A stretch of DNA of 64,000 bases from an uncultured Chloroflexia bacterium (GCA_963722735.1 CAVROH010000016.1:127962-191961); one strand, 5' to 3'. Positions 14,749 through 24,418 are shown, counted from the stretch's first letter. Notes: generated from the sequence alone by a model not told the origin. Made by a program: numbers and translations.

Positions 14749-15668
14749 TGCTGGCTCCTGCCGTCTGTGGTCTCTTGCAGACCTGCGGATTTTCGCAGAC
14801 CCACCCGTTCCCAGGCAGACTGGAAAGTGTCAGACAAGAGCACACCTGCCATTGCCTCACGGTAGGCTTTTGTTGCCCGATGCCGGCTGGTTCGAAAACT
14901 GGCTTCTTCTAGGATCGCCTGATAGGCTTCCTCAATCAGATCAGCTGAGTACGACTCTCCGCGAAGCACACTTTCTGCGCCGGTCAGCCGCCGCGGAGTC
15001 GGGCCTGACGGCCCAATCGAAATGCGCACATCCTTGATCAGATCGCCTTCCCGGTGCAGCCAAACAGCGCAGTTCAAGATTGCGATCGCTACACCCTGCG
15101 GGCGCATCACCCGCTTGAAAGAGGAGGCCTGGCCCTCTTCCGTCAGCGGCAGCAGGATCCCGACAAGGATCTCGCCCCTCGGGTCGAGTGTATTCTGACC
15201 TGGCCCCCTAAACAATTCTGCCAGGGGAGCAATTCGCCTGCCATTCTCAGCGGCGATCTCAACCCTGGCATTCAATGACATCAACGCAATCGTTCCGTCA
15301 GCAGCCGGCAGCGCATGAGCGACATTCCCGCCCAAGGTCGCCACATTGCGCACCTGTGGCCCACCGATCAGCCCGCTGGCTTCAGCCAATGCCTGGGCAT
15401 GCTCAATGATTAAGGGATCATTCGTGATCTTGCGATGGGTCACTCCGGCTCCGATGAAAATCTCATCCCTGCGCAATTCAAGTCGATTAAGCTCAGGGAT
15501 ATTGGTGATATCCACCATCAGGTCGACAACAGAATGGCGCCCCTGCTGGATATCCAGCAGCAGGTCCGTACCACCAGCCAACACGGCTACATCACCCGCG
15601 CTCTGCCTAATCACCGCGAGGGCGTCATCGATCGTATTTGCATAATGGAAATTGTTACAAGTTTTCAT
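14745..15668 (-). CDS. FAD-binding subunit of the xanthine dehydrogenase/CoxM family
   Basis: 307-aa ORF with AVLAGGTDLLLDIQ ... VRNVATLGGNVAHALPAAD. Its stop overlaps the start of the Moco subunit gene (14745-14748). Confidence 0.85.
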
Positions 15669-16032
15669 GGGTCGGCGGAGGAACTAGCGGCACTTTTCGA
15701 GGGACTAACTTCCCACGCCGCAGCAGACTCAGTTTTGCCCGCTGCGACCGCCGATCCAGCACCCTCATTTTAGCATAAAAACCTTCCAGGCAATAAGTTG
15801 TCTATACAAACATTTTAATCTCAGAACAACAACTCCTCCGTACGCGTGTATGAAACTTGCCATAAATGGATTCTTCCTATGATAAGATAACCATGAAAGC
15901 GATTGAACGTCGAAACACCGGTCACCCAACCAGACAAGGACTGGAAATTCCAACTTGGACCATGGATCTAAAACCATCACCGATCATCTGCGAATCCCAA
16001 AATACACCTAAAAAGGACATGAGGAGAAATTG

Positions 16033-16887
16033 ATGAGCGATAGAAAGAAAGTAACCTTATCCACTCTTTTCAGCAAGGCAAAGAAGAGTGAACCAATCAG
16101 CTGGCTAACCTGCTACGACTACCCCACTGCTTACCTGCAGGAGCAGGCTGGCATCGATATGATCCTGGTTGGAGACAGCCTGGGGATGACTATGCTGGGT
16201 TACGACAGCACCCTCCCAGTCACGATGAGTGACATGATCCGCCACACCCAGGCCGTGCGCCGGGGTGCCCCGGGTGCGTTCCTGATTGGGGATATGCCCT
16301 ATATGAGCTACCAGGCCAGCTCAGAGGATGCCGTCCGCAACGCCGGTCGTTTTATGGCTGAAGCCAGTTGCGACGCAATCAAACTCGAAGGCGGTCGAGA
16401 AATGGCAGACCGCATCAAAGCCATTGTCGCTGCTGGAATTCCAGCCATCGGCCACCTCGGCCTGACCCCCCAGAGCGTAGCCGCCCTCGGTGGTTTCAAG
16501 CTCCAGGGCAAAGGCGCTTCCCAAGCCCAGCGCATCCTTGAAGATGCTAAGATCCTGGAAGAAGCTGGGGCTTGCATCATCCTGCTGGAACTGGTTCCCG
16601 ACCGGCTCTGCAAGCTGATCACCGAACGCGCCGAGAACACCCTCATCATGAGCCTCGGCTCCGGGCCAAATGCCCACGGGCAACTGCTCATTTATCACGA
16701 TATGTTCGGTCTATATCCCAAGTTCACTCCCAAGATGGCCAAGGTCTTCGGCAATGCCGGAGAGGTGATCCTCAATGGACTTCAAGCCTACCACAAGGAA
16801 GTTAAGGACAAAACCTTCCCTGCCGAGGAAAACTATTTCGGCATGAAGGATGAGGAATACGAAGAGCTGCTCAAAGCGATAAGCTGA
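16033..16887 (+). CDS. panB: 3-methyl-2-oxobutanoate hydroxymethyltransferase
   Basis: ISWLTCYDYPTAYLQEQAGIDMILVGDSLGMTMLGY ... DAIKLEGG ... GHLGLTPQS are canonical PanB blocks. I used the ATG at 16033, preceded by GAGGAG at 16021-16026. Confidence 0.9.
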   Translation: MSDRKKVTLSTLFSKAKKSEPISWLTCYDYPTAYLQEQAGIDMILVGDSLGMTMLGYDSTLPVTMSDMIRHTQAVRRGAPGAFLIGDMPYMSYQASSEDAVRNAGRFMAEASCDAIKLEGGREMADRIKAIVAAGIPAIGHLGLTPQSVAALGGFKLQGKGASQAQRILEDAKILEEAGACIILLELVPDRLCKLITERAENTLIMSLGSGPNAHGQLLIYHDMFGLYPKFTPKMAKVFGNAGEVILNGLQAYHKEVKDKTFPAEENYFGMKDEEYEELLKAIS

Positions 16888-16906
16888 CCCTCCGAAACTG
16901 AGTAGA

Positions 16907-16941
16907 AAAACAAGACCGGCTGCAATCTCCGGTTTTGTTTT
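16907..16941. terminator. bidirectional terminator between convergent panB and the btuD-like gene
   Basis: AAAACAAGACCGG (16907-16919) pairs with CCGGTTTTGTTTT (16929-16941), with one G-U pair and a 9-nt loop. The A-run and T-run allow it to act in both directions. Confidence 0.7.
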
Positions 16942-16983
16942 AATTCAGACCTCAGCCGTCATCAATCGTTTAAAAACAATACG

Positions 16984-17763
16984 CTATACTCCCGGCGGCT
17001 TCTGCAGGATGATCGGATTGGAAGTTAGGGGATGGGGGATCACATCCAACTCAGTGTGAAAGGCTTCGCCAATGATCTCTTCGGTGAGCACTTCTGATGG
17101 ATGGCCGCAGGCATGCAGCCGGCTATCCACCATCAGAGCGGCTTTGTCGGCAAACAGAGACACCAGGTTGAGATCATGCAACACCATCAGCACAGCCAGT
17201 TGCCGCACCCGGCACTGCTCTTTGACCAAAGAGAGGATCGTGCCCTGATGTTGTAAGTCCAGGTGATTGGTGGGCTCGTCCAGAACCAGTAAAGGTGTAT
17301 CCTGGGCCAAAGCCCGGGCCAGCATCACGCGTTGCTGTTCTCCACCGGAAAGTTCGGCGATCCGGCGGTCAGCCAGTGAAATGGTGCTGGTCACCTGCAT
17401 AGCCTTCTCCACCTGGCGCAGGTCTTCCTCATCCGGTTTTCCCAGCCAGGACATATGCGCCGTGCGGCCCATCATGACCGCCTGCTTGACTGAAAAAGCG
17501 CCGCCAACAAAGGAGACCTGCGGCACAACCGCCATGATCCGGGCTCGTTCGGGCGGCTTGAGGGCGGTCAGATCCTGCTCTTTGAAAGTCACCTGACCGG
17601 CAGTCAAATCCGTCACCCCACTGATCCCGCGCACCAGGGACGTTTTTCCCGCCCCATTCGGGCCGATCAGGGCAACAACTTCTCCGGGCTGGACGACCAA
17701 CGATACTTGATCGACCACCCGGTGAGAACCGTAATAGATCACCAGATCCTGGATCTTGAGCAT
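16984..17763 (-). CDS. btuD: ABC transporter ATP-binding protein (BtuD/FecE/HmuV type)
   Basis: 259-aa ORF with Walker A GPNGAGKTS, signature LSGGEQQR and Walker B LLVLDEPTNHLD. It is the last gene of the riboswitch-controlled operon. Confidence 0.8.
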   Translation of the reverse strand: MLKIQDLVIYYGSHRVVDQVSLVVQPGEVVALIGPNGAGKTSLVRGISGVTDLTAGQVTFKEQDLTALKPPERARIMAVVPQVSFVGGAFSVKQAVMMGRTAHMSWLGKPDEEDLRQVEKAMQVTSTISLADRRIAELSGGEQQRVMLARALAQDTPLLVLDEPTNHLDLQHQGTILSLVKEQCRVRQLAVLMVLHDLNLVSLFADKAALMVDSRLHACGHPSEVLTEEIIGEAFHTELDVIPHPLTSNPIILQKPPGV

Positions 17764-17764
17764 A

Positions 17765-18766
17765 TTACCAGAAGACCTCCGTTTTGGCCCGGCGCAGGAT
17801 CCATAGGAAAAATGGGGCTCCGATCAATGCAGTTACAATCCCGACAGGCAAGACGCGCGGCGCCATAACCCAGCGGGCAAGCACATCTGCCGCCAGCAGC
17901 GTTGTGCCGCCTAACAGGATCGAAAGAGGGATCAAGCGGCGGTAATCCGGCCCCCAGATCATCCGGATGACATGCGGTACCACCAGCCCGACAAAGCCAA
18001 TCACCCCGGAGAAGGATACCGCTACTGCTGTGGTGATAGAAGCCACAACAATGATCAGCGTTTTGGCCCGTTCCACCGGCAGACCCAGTTGTTTTGCCTG
18101 CTCATCCCCAAACTGAAGCAAATTCAGCGGGTATCCCAGCAGGGAAAGGGCCCCCATTCCTATCACCATATACGGCAGCGTGGCAAACACTGGCGCCCAC
18201 CCAGCCATCTGCGAGCCGCCTAACAGGAAAGCGATCGCCCGGTGAATCTGCTCCTGATCCCAGAGCATCAAAAAGGATGTCAGCGCTGAGGTGAACGATC
18301 CAACCGCAACTCCTGCCAGGATCAGGGTGGTCAGCGGAACAAGATTGCCTACCTTTGCCAGACGGTACACCACCAGCACGGTCAGGATTGCCCCAATAAA
18401 AGCGCCGACCGGCACCAGGTAGAATCCCAGCAAACTCTCCGGCCAATTCAATGAAAAGGCGGCGATAGCCCCCAGCCCAGCGCCGGAAGCCACCCCGATC
18501 AAATAGGGATCAGCCAGCGGATTTCGGAACAAACCCTGGTAGGCCGCCCCGCTGCTGCCCAGGGCTGCACCGGTCATCATGATCAGCAGGGCATGCGGCA
18601 GACGGATACTTAGGACGATCGTCTCATAGTGAGCAGGCCAATCCGGGAAGATCTCCCAAAACGGGAGTTTGCTGGCCAGGATGCGAGTCAGGGTCCCAGG
18701 TGGAATAAAGACCGCACCAATCCCAATATTTAACACCAAAACCACTACCAGAAGGATCAGGTTCAA
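17765..18766 (-). CDS. btuC: FecCD-family permease (BtuC type)
   Basis: 333-aa polytopic ORF with RNPLADPYLIGVASGAGLGA and the typical C-terminal GAPFFLWILRR. Confidence 0.8.
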   Translation of the reverse strand: MNLILLVVVLVLNIGIGAVFIPPGTLTRILASKLPFWEIFPDWPAHYETIVLSIRLPHALLIMMTGAALGSSGAAYQGLFRNPLADPYLIGVASGAGLGAIAAFSLNWPESLLGFYLVPVGAFIGAILTVLVVYRLAKVGNLVPLTTLILAGVAVGSFTSALTSFLMLWDQEQIHRAIAFLLGGSQMAGWAPVFATLPYMVIGMGALSLLGYPLNLLQFGDEQAKQLGLPVERAKTLIIVVASITTAVAVSFSGVIGFVGLVVPHVIRMIWGPDYRRLIPLSILLGGTTLLAADVLARWVMAPRVLPVGIVTALIGAPFFLWILRRAKTEVFW

Positions 18767-18835
18767 CCAGAAGGGGGAAATTTTTGATTTCAGTACTTAT
18801 CATTATAGTACACAGTTCTACCAGTGGAGACAACC

Positions 18836-18866
18836 CCTGAGATGGGGAACTATACCCCATCTCAGG
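18836..18866. repeat. perfect 12-bp inverted repeat between the btuF-like and btuC-like genes
   Basis: CCTGAGATGGGG (18836-18847) and CCCCATCTCAGG (18855-18866) flank a 7-nt loop. No T-run follows on the minus strand. Confidence 0.8.
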
Positions 18867-18889
18867 TCACCAAGGCTCCGATGGTTATT

Positions 18890-19926
18890 CTATTCAAACA
18901 GTTCAGGATGGAACAATTGGGCCATCTCTTCAAGCCCATCCACCAGGCGGGGACCAGGACGGCTGGCAAGATCATCATTGAAAGGGTAGACCGTGCCATT
19001 CGTCAATGCGCTCAGTCCATCCCAACCGGCGCGCTCGCAACCGACTCAACCGTTACACCCCAGATCGCATCCCCCAGCAAGATGACATCCGGGTCGCGGG
19101 CGATCAGTTCTTCCACGCTGAGCTGCACCCACTCACCTTCCAGATCAGCAGTCACATTCTGGCCGCCAGCCATCGTAATCAGGGTATCGATGAATGTACC
19201 AGGGCCAGTTGTCCACGGAGCAGCTGGGTCGGAGGTGCCATCCAGTTCATAAAACACTACCGGGATAGTCTCTGCCTCAGCGATCACAGCCATCACCGCT
19301 TCCACGCGAGTGACCAGCCCCTCGATCAGGGTTTCGGTCTCTTCCTCATGCCCGGTGATCTTGCCAGCGGTGCGCAGCAGATCATACATCTCCTCCATCG
19401 TTGTCGGATTGGGCATAAGGAACACATTCAACCCGACATCGGTCATCGAAGCCACCTGCTCTGTCGTGGTCAGTGGGGCAGCCAGGACCAGATCCGGTTC
19501 GAGGGCTAGCATCGCCTCGGTATTCAGATCGCCCCAGGTGCCACCAATGGAGGGCAAAGCCAGGGCTTCTTCCGGATAGTTGGTGAAATCCTCCCGGCCA
19601 ACCACCTGATCGCCAGCGCCAATCGCAAAGAGGATCTCAGTTGTAGAAGGCGCCAGGGAGATGATCCGCTGGGCAGGGGCTTCAAGAGTCATCAAAGTGC
19701 CAAGCGCGTCAACCACCTCAATTCCTAATACAGAGACTTCAGTCGGAACCTCAGCCTTGTTCAAATCCGGTTCAGGATCCTGTACCTCAGCCAGCTCATC
19801 CTCTGCGTTATCAGCCATCGGGCTTGGTGTCATTTGATCGTTGACTGGCATTGCCCCTCCGCAAGCGGTAAGCAACAAAGCCAGCCCCAGAATAACTATA
19901 CCAAACAGGGAAATCCTTCGTTTCAT
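18890..19926 (-). CDS. btuF: periplasmic-binding-protein-type (BtuF/FhuD class) substrate-binding lipoprotein with one apparent frameshift near 19040
   Basis: Lipobox LLTACGG. ORF 19012-19926 ends ...GVTVESVASAPVGMD. Another frame continues AGWDGLSALTNGTVYPFNDDLASRPGPRLVDGLEEMAQLFHPELFE to the TAG at 18890-18892, a typical BtuF C-terminus. An AGGAGGA lies upstream of the ATG. Confidence 0.8.
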
Positions 19927-19981
19927 GCTATCTTCCTCCTATGTTTTTATATCGCCATAAACTGTCACGAGTCGATAAAAT

Positions 19982-20262
19982 AAAAAAACTGCCGTCGGGC
20001 AGTTTTTTGAAAGATGGGGGAAATCAGTAGTGATTTCTGTGTTCCAAATCCTGGCCGCGAGGATCGAGTACAGGTATTTTTCACCTGAACTTACGAACTT
20101 GACCAAAGTGTAGGCCTGGCTTGTGAAAGGCGATCCTTCGGATCTTTCCCTCTCACTTACAGTTGCGGGACAGCGCCGGACTTACGATCTTGATCGGTCA
20201 CCGGCTTCTCCAGAGAGTTATTGGGCTCTCTTGCCAACCCATCCGGGGGTTTAGGCACAATG
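19982..20262 (-). promoter_or_regulatory. cobalamin (B12) riboswitch with a terminator expression platform
   Basis: The minus strand reads GGTTGGCAAGAGAGCCC ... GGAGAAGCCGGTGA ... AAGTCCGGCGCTGTCCCGCAACTGTAAG ... AAGCCAGGCCTACAC (a B12-box-like element at ~20108-20123). Next comes the hairpin ACTGCC-CGAC-GGCAGT plus T7 (19982-20008), ~55 nt before the btuF-like ATG. A possible extended -10 (TGGTAAAAT) lies at ~20295-20303. Confidence 0.8.
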
Positions 20263-20393
20263 GGCAATTCAATATTCAGTTGTTAATCTTTGCGGATTTT
20301 ACCACAAATCGCTGATCAGGCAAATTACCACCCCCATCCTTCTGTGCATGAATCCCTAACTTGCCGCCTCACCCATCGCTTCGCAGTGAATTC

Positions 20394-21892
20394 CTAATCG
20401 TCATCGCCACCATTATCATCTTCATGCTCCTGCCCATCCCAATGGCAACGCACGCAATCATTCAGATTGGACACACCCTCATGCTCATTCCGGATATCAG
20501 CAGGACTGTGCTCATGGCATCCATAACAGGTATAGGCAGGGTATGTATTATTGGTGTGGCACAGATCACATTGCTGGTTAGCATCCCCGTGATTGAGCGG
20601 GAAGGTATGATCAAAACTGGCCGGCTCCCAGGCGCTGGTTGAATGACAAATAGAGCACTGACCGCCAAAATGGTTGGCGGGCTTATCAGCCGTATGGCAG
20701 GAGAGACAGTCCACCGCGCCTGATGCCTGGTGGTCGAACGTTGCTGGGCGCCAGGCAGATGTAAGGTGACAGGCTGAACACTGCCCAGCGTAATGGTTAG
20801 CGGGTTTATCAGCGGAATGGCAAGCAGTACAATCCGCGGCATACTCACCTTGATGTGAGAAAATTACCTCCTGCCAACTGATGACAACATGACAGGTGGC
20901 GCAGTCGCTGCCAAATTGACCATTATGCGGCTCATCCTCAAGGTGGCACGAAACACACAGCGGATCTACTCCCTGATAGGTCGCCGTTGCATGGCAATTT
21001 TCACAATCCAGATCCGCATGCCCGCCTTCCAGCAGGAAACCTGTGGAGCTGTGATCGAACACTGCCTCTTTCCAGCCTGCTGGGTCATGGCAGACATCAC
21101 AGTTCTGACCCAGCTCGCCATTATGGGCGTCGTCTTCCAGATGGCAGGAGACACAAAGCATCGAGGTCAACTGCAAATCGGCCAAACTCCTCGCGGAAGG
21201 ATGGCATTCTGCACACAGAACATCTCCGTGTTTACCGGCCAACGCAAACTGGAAAGCATTGTGATCGAAATTCTTCCCATAGGAATCCACTCCGTCGTGA
21301 CACACAAGGCAATCCAACCCAAATAACTGTGTATGGCCAGAGATGAAAGAAATCCCCACATCCTGATGGCAGGTCAGGCAGATTGAAGGCAAAAAATCCG
21401 CGAAACCATCAACATGGCAGTCTGAACACACAATCTCCCGTTCCCACTCAATCTGGCTGTGCCCGGCCAATGAATATCCCACCAATTCATGCTCAAAGTC
21501 ATCTGCCAGATATTCTGTCGTGCTGGCATCCAGGCCGCCATGGTCTGTATGACAATCGCGGCAATCAATTTTATTCGAATCCTGACAATGACTGCGCTAT
21601 GCAGCGAAGACCCATCCGCAAGCTGCCCGATGATATCCTGATGACACTCCAGGCAAAGGTCCGTCATGATCGTTTTTTGCCAGAAAGCCGGATGGCAAGC
21701 AGCGCATTCGGCTTCCAGTTCTGCATGCGAGTGCACCCCGCCGATCTGCTTCCCGGAAGATTGTGCATTTAAATCACCCGGGCTGAACATTCTATTACCG
21801 GTTGCTGCATAACTGAATCCCACCGCGATGAAAGAAAATACCATTGCAATCAAGCCACCGGTGGTCAGACATCCCAAGCCTCTCCGCTTCAT
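20394..21892 (-). CDS. signal-anchored multihaem c-type cytochrome with 19 CxxCH motifs; one apparent frameshift near 21595
   Basis: The N-terminus MKRRGLGCLTTGGLIAMVFSFIAVGF is a signal/anchor. There are 2 CxxCH before the frame break, CRDCH just after it, and 16 more in ORF 20394-21485. The protein has repeated CxxCH...W...FDH modules and an acidic tail DDNGGDDD. AGGAG lies 8 nt upstream of the ATG. Confidence 0.85.
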
Positions 21893-21905
21893 CTGAAACT
21901 CCTAA

Positions 21906-22676
21906 TTACCGCAGTAAGGTGGCGTAATAAAGCGCAGCACCGATATGGATGAAGGCAATCGCAAACATCGCTACCCCTAATGGGATGTGCACCGTATGCC
22001 ATACCGCCAGTAGTTTTCTGGCAGTAGCAAATTGCATCATCTGGCGATTGAGGAGAGCTTGCTGATCCCAACCCTGGCTCAGTTTAAGCACCAAAGCACG
22101 ATCCTCACCCCCGAGGCTGCCTACCAGTCTCTTCCAACCTATCCGGAATCTGCCCCGTCGAGAGTTCGCAGAGAACAAACCTTCAACCTGGCGGTAAATC
22201 TCAGGACGAGACTGCTGCAATGCTGCCAACCTATGCTGATTTTCTTCTGCTAGCTGGCGCAATTGTTCCAATTCCACCTCGGCCCCATCCACCGACCTTG
22301 GGATAGCTGTGTAAAAATACCGACCAACAAACCCGCTGAGCACGATGATCAATGTCATCAGGGTCAAGATCCCTGCCAGGCCATTGAACTTCCAGGAGGT
22401 ATGCAGTAAAACCAGATAAGGTCCGACCAACCCGGTGAAGATATGAAATGAGAGCCAGCTTTCCATCTTTCCCCAGCGAGCGAATTGGTATCGTTTTCGA
22501 AGGGAATAAAGCACCTCGGTCATCAACATCATTATGAAACCCAGGATCCCAAGTGAGTGGCCCAGCAGACCGCTGGCAGAAGGGATTTCAGTCACCGCTG
22601 CTGCGCCGAGATAGAAAACCGTGATCCCGAAGATCGCCAGGAAAGCTAACCACAATTCCAGGTTTCTAATTCGCAT
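21906..22676 (-). CDS. His-rich integral membrane protein with 5 predicted TM helices and a long coiled-coil loop; putative haem-b carrier
   Basis: Read from the internal ATG at 22676 (MRIRNLELW). Hydrophobic helices carry GHSLG, SFHIFTG, LLHTSW, WHTVHIPLG and FIHIG, six His in total. A ~90-aa charged loop separates TM4 and TM5. I do not recognise a named family, and the haem-binding role is inferred. Confidence 0.55.
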   Translation of the reverse strand: MRIRNLELWLAFLAIFGITVFYLGAAAVTEIPSASGLLGHSLGILGFIMMLMTEVLYSLRKRYQFARWGKMESWLSFHIFTGLVGPYLVLLHTSWKFNGLAGILTLMTLIIVLSGFVGRYFYTAIPRSVDGAEVELEQLRQLAEENQHRLAALQQSRPEIYRQVEGLFSANSRRGRFRIGWKRLVGSLGGEDRALVLKLSQGWDQQALLNRQMMQFATARKLLAVWHTVHIPLGVAMFAIAFIHIGAALYYATLLR

Positions 22677-23985
22677 CAAATTGCCTCCATCTCTGCCAAT
22701 AATTGAACAGGATACTGCCAAGATCAGCCCCTGAGGTGACCAGAGAATCCCGTATCGAGGAAATATCCACCCCTTCCCGCACAAGATCCTCCAGAGCTTT
22801 GGATAGGGATTGATCTCCCATCAACAAAGCGCCCTCCAACTTTGTTTTTCCTACCATCACCCGCAAGCGGTTGACATCAAAGCTGTTCTGGCAGAGGACC
22901 GCATCAGGCATTTGTTGCCAGGCTTCACTCTCCCCGCGGACAATCGAGAGATCCTCCTCACCACCTTTCTCGCCCGTCCCCACCCTGCCTATGATTGTTG
23001 TGGTCAGTCCCGTCAGGCGTGTGACATTCAATGCGTTCTCCCTGAGATAGGGCCGCTGCTCTCCAGCCATATTCATCCCCGCCACATGCCCCTGGTTGCG
23101 AGCAGGGTTCCACAGGCTGTCAATAATCCAGCCCTCTGATACCGGGTCAAAAGATTCGGTCACATCCCCAGCGGCATAAACATCCTGTGCACTGGTCTCC
23201 AGATATTCATTCACCCTAACCCCTCGTCCAGCTTCCAATCCGCTCTTTTTTGCCAAACCAACCCGAGGCAGAACCCCAATGGCAAAGGCGACCATTTCAG
23301 TCCGATGCAGACGACCATCTTTTGTCGCGACTCCAGTAACGCGGCCATTTCTGCCAATGATCTTTGCCACCTCAGTATTTTTATGGATTTTCACCCCATC
23401 ATGCCGCAGCCTGGATTCGATCATCCCAGATTCGATCTCATCCAGCACCCTGTTCCAATAACGTTCGCCACGGATGAAGAAATCCACAGCAACCCCGCGA
23501 GCATTCAGACCTTCAACGATCTCGATCGCTGTGATCCCTCCGCCAACCACCACCGCTTTCCTCTGCCGCCGGGCTTGTTTGATCATCAACCTGGTCTGAG
23601 CCAGCGAATCCAGATAGACAACACCATCCAGATCGACCCCCTCGATCGAAGGGCGAACCGCTGCCGCGCCGGTCGCCACCAGCAACCGGTCATAGCGCAT
23701 TTTTCTCCCATCCTGAAGGATGATCTCATGGTTGGTTGAATTAATCCCATTGACATGGTTGTGATAGAAGTTGATCCCCCGAGCTTTAAAATCAGATCTG
23801 CTAAAGGGGTACAGCGATTTCTCGCCTAATTCTTTACTAAGGAAATATGCCAGCCCGGGGCGAGAGTAGTATCCTTGCTTTTCAGCAGAGATACACACGA
23901 TCTCACTGGCGCGATCCAGATTCCGGATCGATTCGGCCGCCGCAATGCCAGCAGCACCTGCCCCGATGATCACATAGCGTTTCAC
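22666..23985 (-). CDS. FAD/NAD(P)-binding pyridine-nucleotide-disulfide-family oxidoreductase
   Basis: 439-aa ORF with a GTG start overlapping the ferredoxin stop (GTGA). It has dinucleotide folds VIIGAGAAGIAAAE and VVVGGGITAIEIVE plus the FAD motif VYAAGDV. Confidence 0.85.
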   Translation of the reverse strand: MKRYVIIGAGAAGIAAAESIRNLDRASEIVCISAEKQGYYSRPGLAYFLSKELGEKSLYPFSRSDFKARGINFYHNHVNGINSTNHEIILQDGRKMRYDRLLVATGAAAVRPSIEGVDLDGVVYLDSLAQTRLMIKQARRQRKAVVVGGGITAIEIVEGLNARGVAVDFFIRGERYWNRVLDEIESGMIESRLRHDGVKIHKNTEVAKIIGRNGRVTGVATKDGRLHRTEMVAFAIGVLPRVGLAKKSGLEAGRGVRVNEYLETSAQDVYAAGDVTESFDPVSEGWIIDSLWNPARNQGHVAGMNMAGEQRPYLRENALNVTRLTGLTTTIIGRVGTGEKGGEEDLSIVRGESEAWQQMPDAVLCQNSFDVNRLRVMVGKTKLEGALLMGDQSLSKALEDLVREGVDISSIRDSLVTSGADLGSILFNYWQRWRQFDAN

Positions 23986-24245
23986 CTTGCAACTTCCTTA
24001 TCGCTTTTTGGGATCTGCCCGAAATGAAGCACGCCGCGCGGGCAACGGCTGACACACTCGCCACAGGTGATACAATGGCTGTCCACGATCGGTTTCCCAA
24101 TCCAGGCGAAGCGCCTGACATCAATCCCGATCGGACAATTATACGAGCAGATACCGCACTGCACGCAGCGAAATGGATCAGGAACCACCTGTCCTGTTGA
24201 AAGCACTTTATAGCGTCTGGATCCTTCAAAGTTGGCGAATTTCAA
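23982..24245 (-). CDS. 2x[4Fe-4S] ferredoxin
   Basis: 87-aa ORF with CVQCGICSYNCP and CITCGECVSRCP. Confidence 0.85.
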   Translation of the reverse strand: MKFANFEGSRRYKVLSTGQVVPDPFRCVQCGICSYNCPIGIDVRRFAWIGKPIVDSHCITCGECVSRCPRGVLHFGQIPKSDKEVAR

Positions 24246-24349
24246 TCAATCCTCCAATTATGGAAACCTAACCAATTATACGGTGACAATTTGATTTTGC
24301 CATAGCTCTACTGGGCTAAATCCCCAAAAATCCGATTATTTCTGTCCCT

Positions 24350-24375
24350 AAAAAAAAAGACCCCACCCAGGAGTC
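24350..24375 (-). terminator. intrinsic terminator after the RACo-like gene
   Basis: The minus strand reads GACTCCTGGGTGGGGTC, a 6-bp stem including one G-U pair, followed by T9. Confidence 0.65.
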
Positions 24376-24418
24376 AACTGGAGCTTCCTCTTCAAACCAA
24401 ACAATCCCCTCTCACTCT

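Noticed and set aside
15765-15980. 71-aa ORF in the panB / XDH divergent intergenic region
   Set aside because: It has no ribosome-binding site and no recognisable family. It lies in an AT-rich promoter region, so it is probably non-coding.
21374-21485. 112-nt overlap of the two cytochrome ORFs, considered as evidence for two separate genes
   Set aside because: The upstream frame loses all CxxCH motifs after ~21595. The downstream frame already encodes CRDCHTDHGGLDASTTEYLADDFEHEL before its nominal TTG start. A single gene with one indel fits better.
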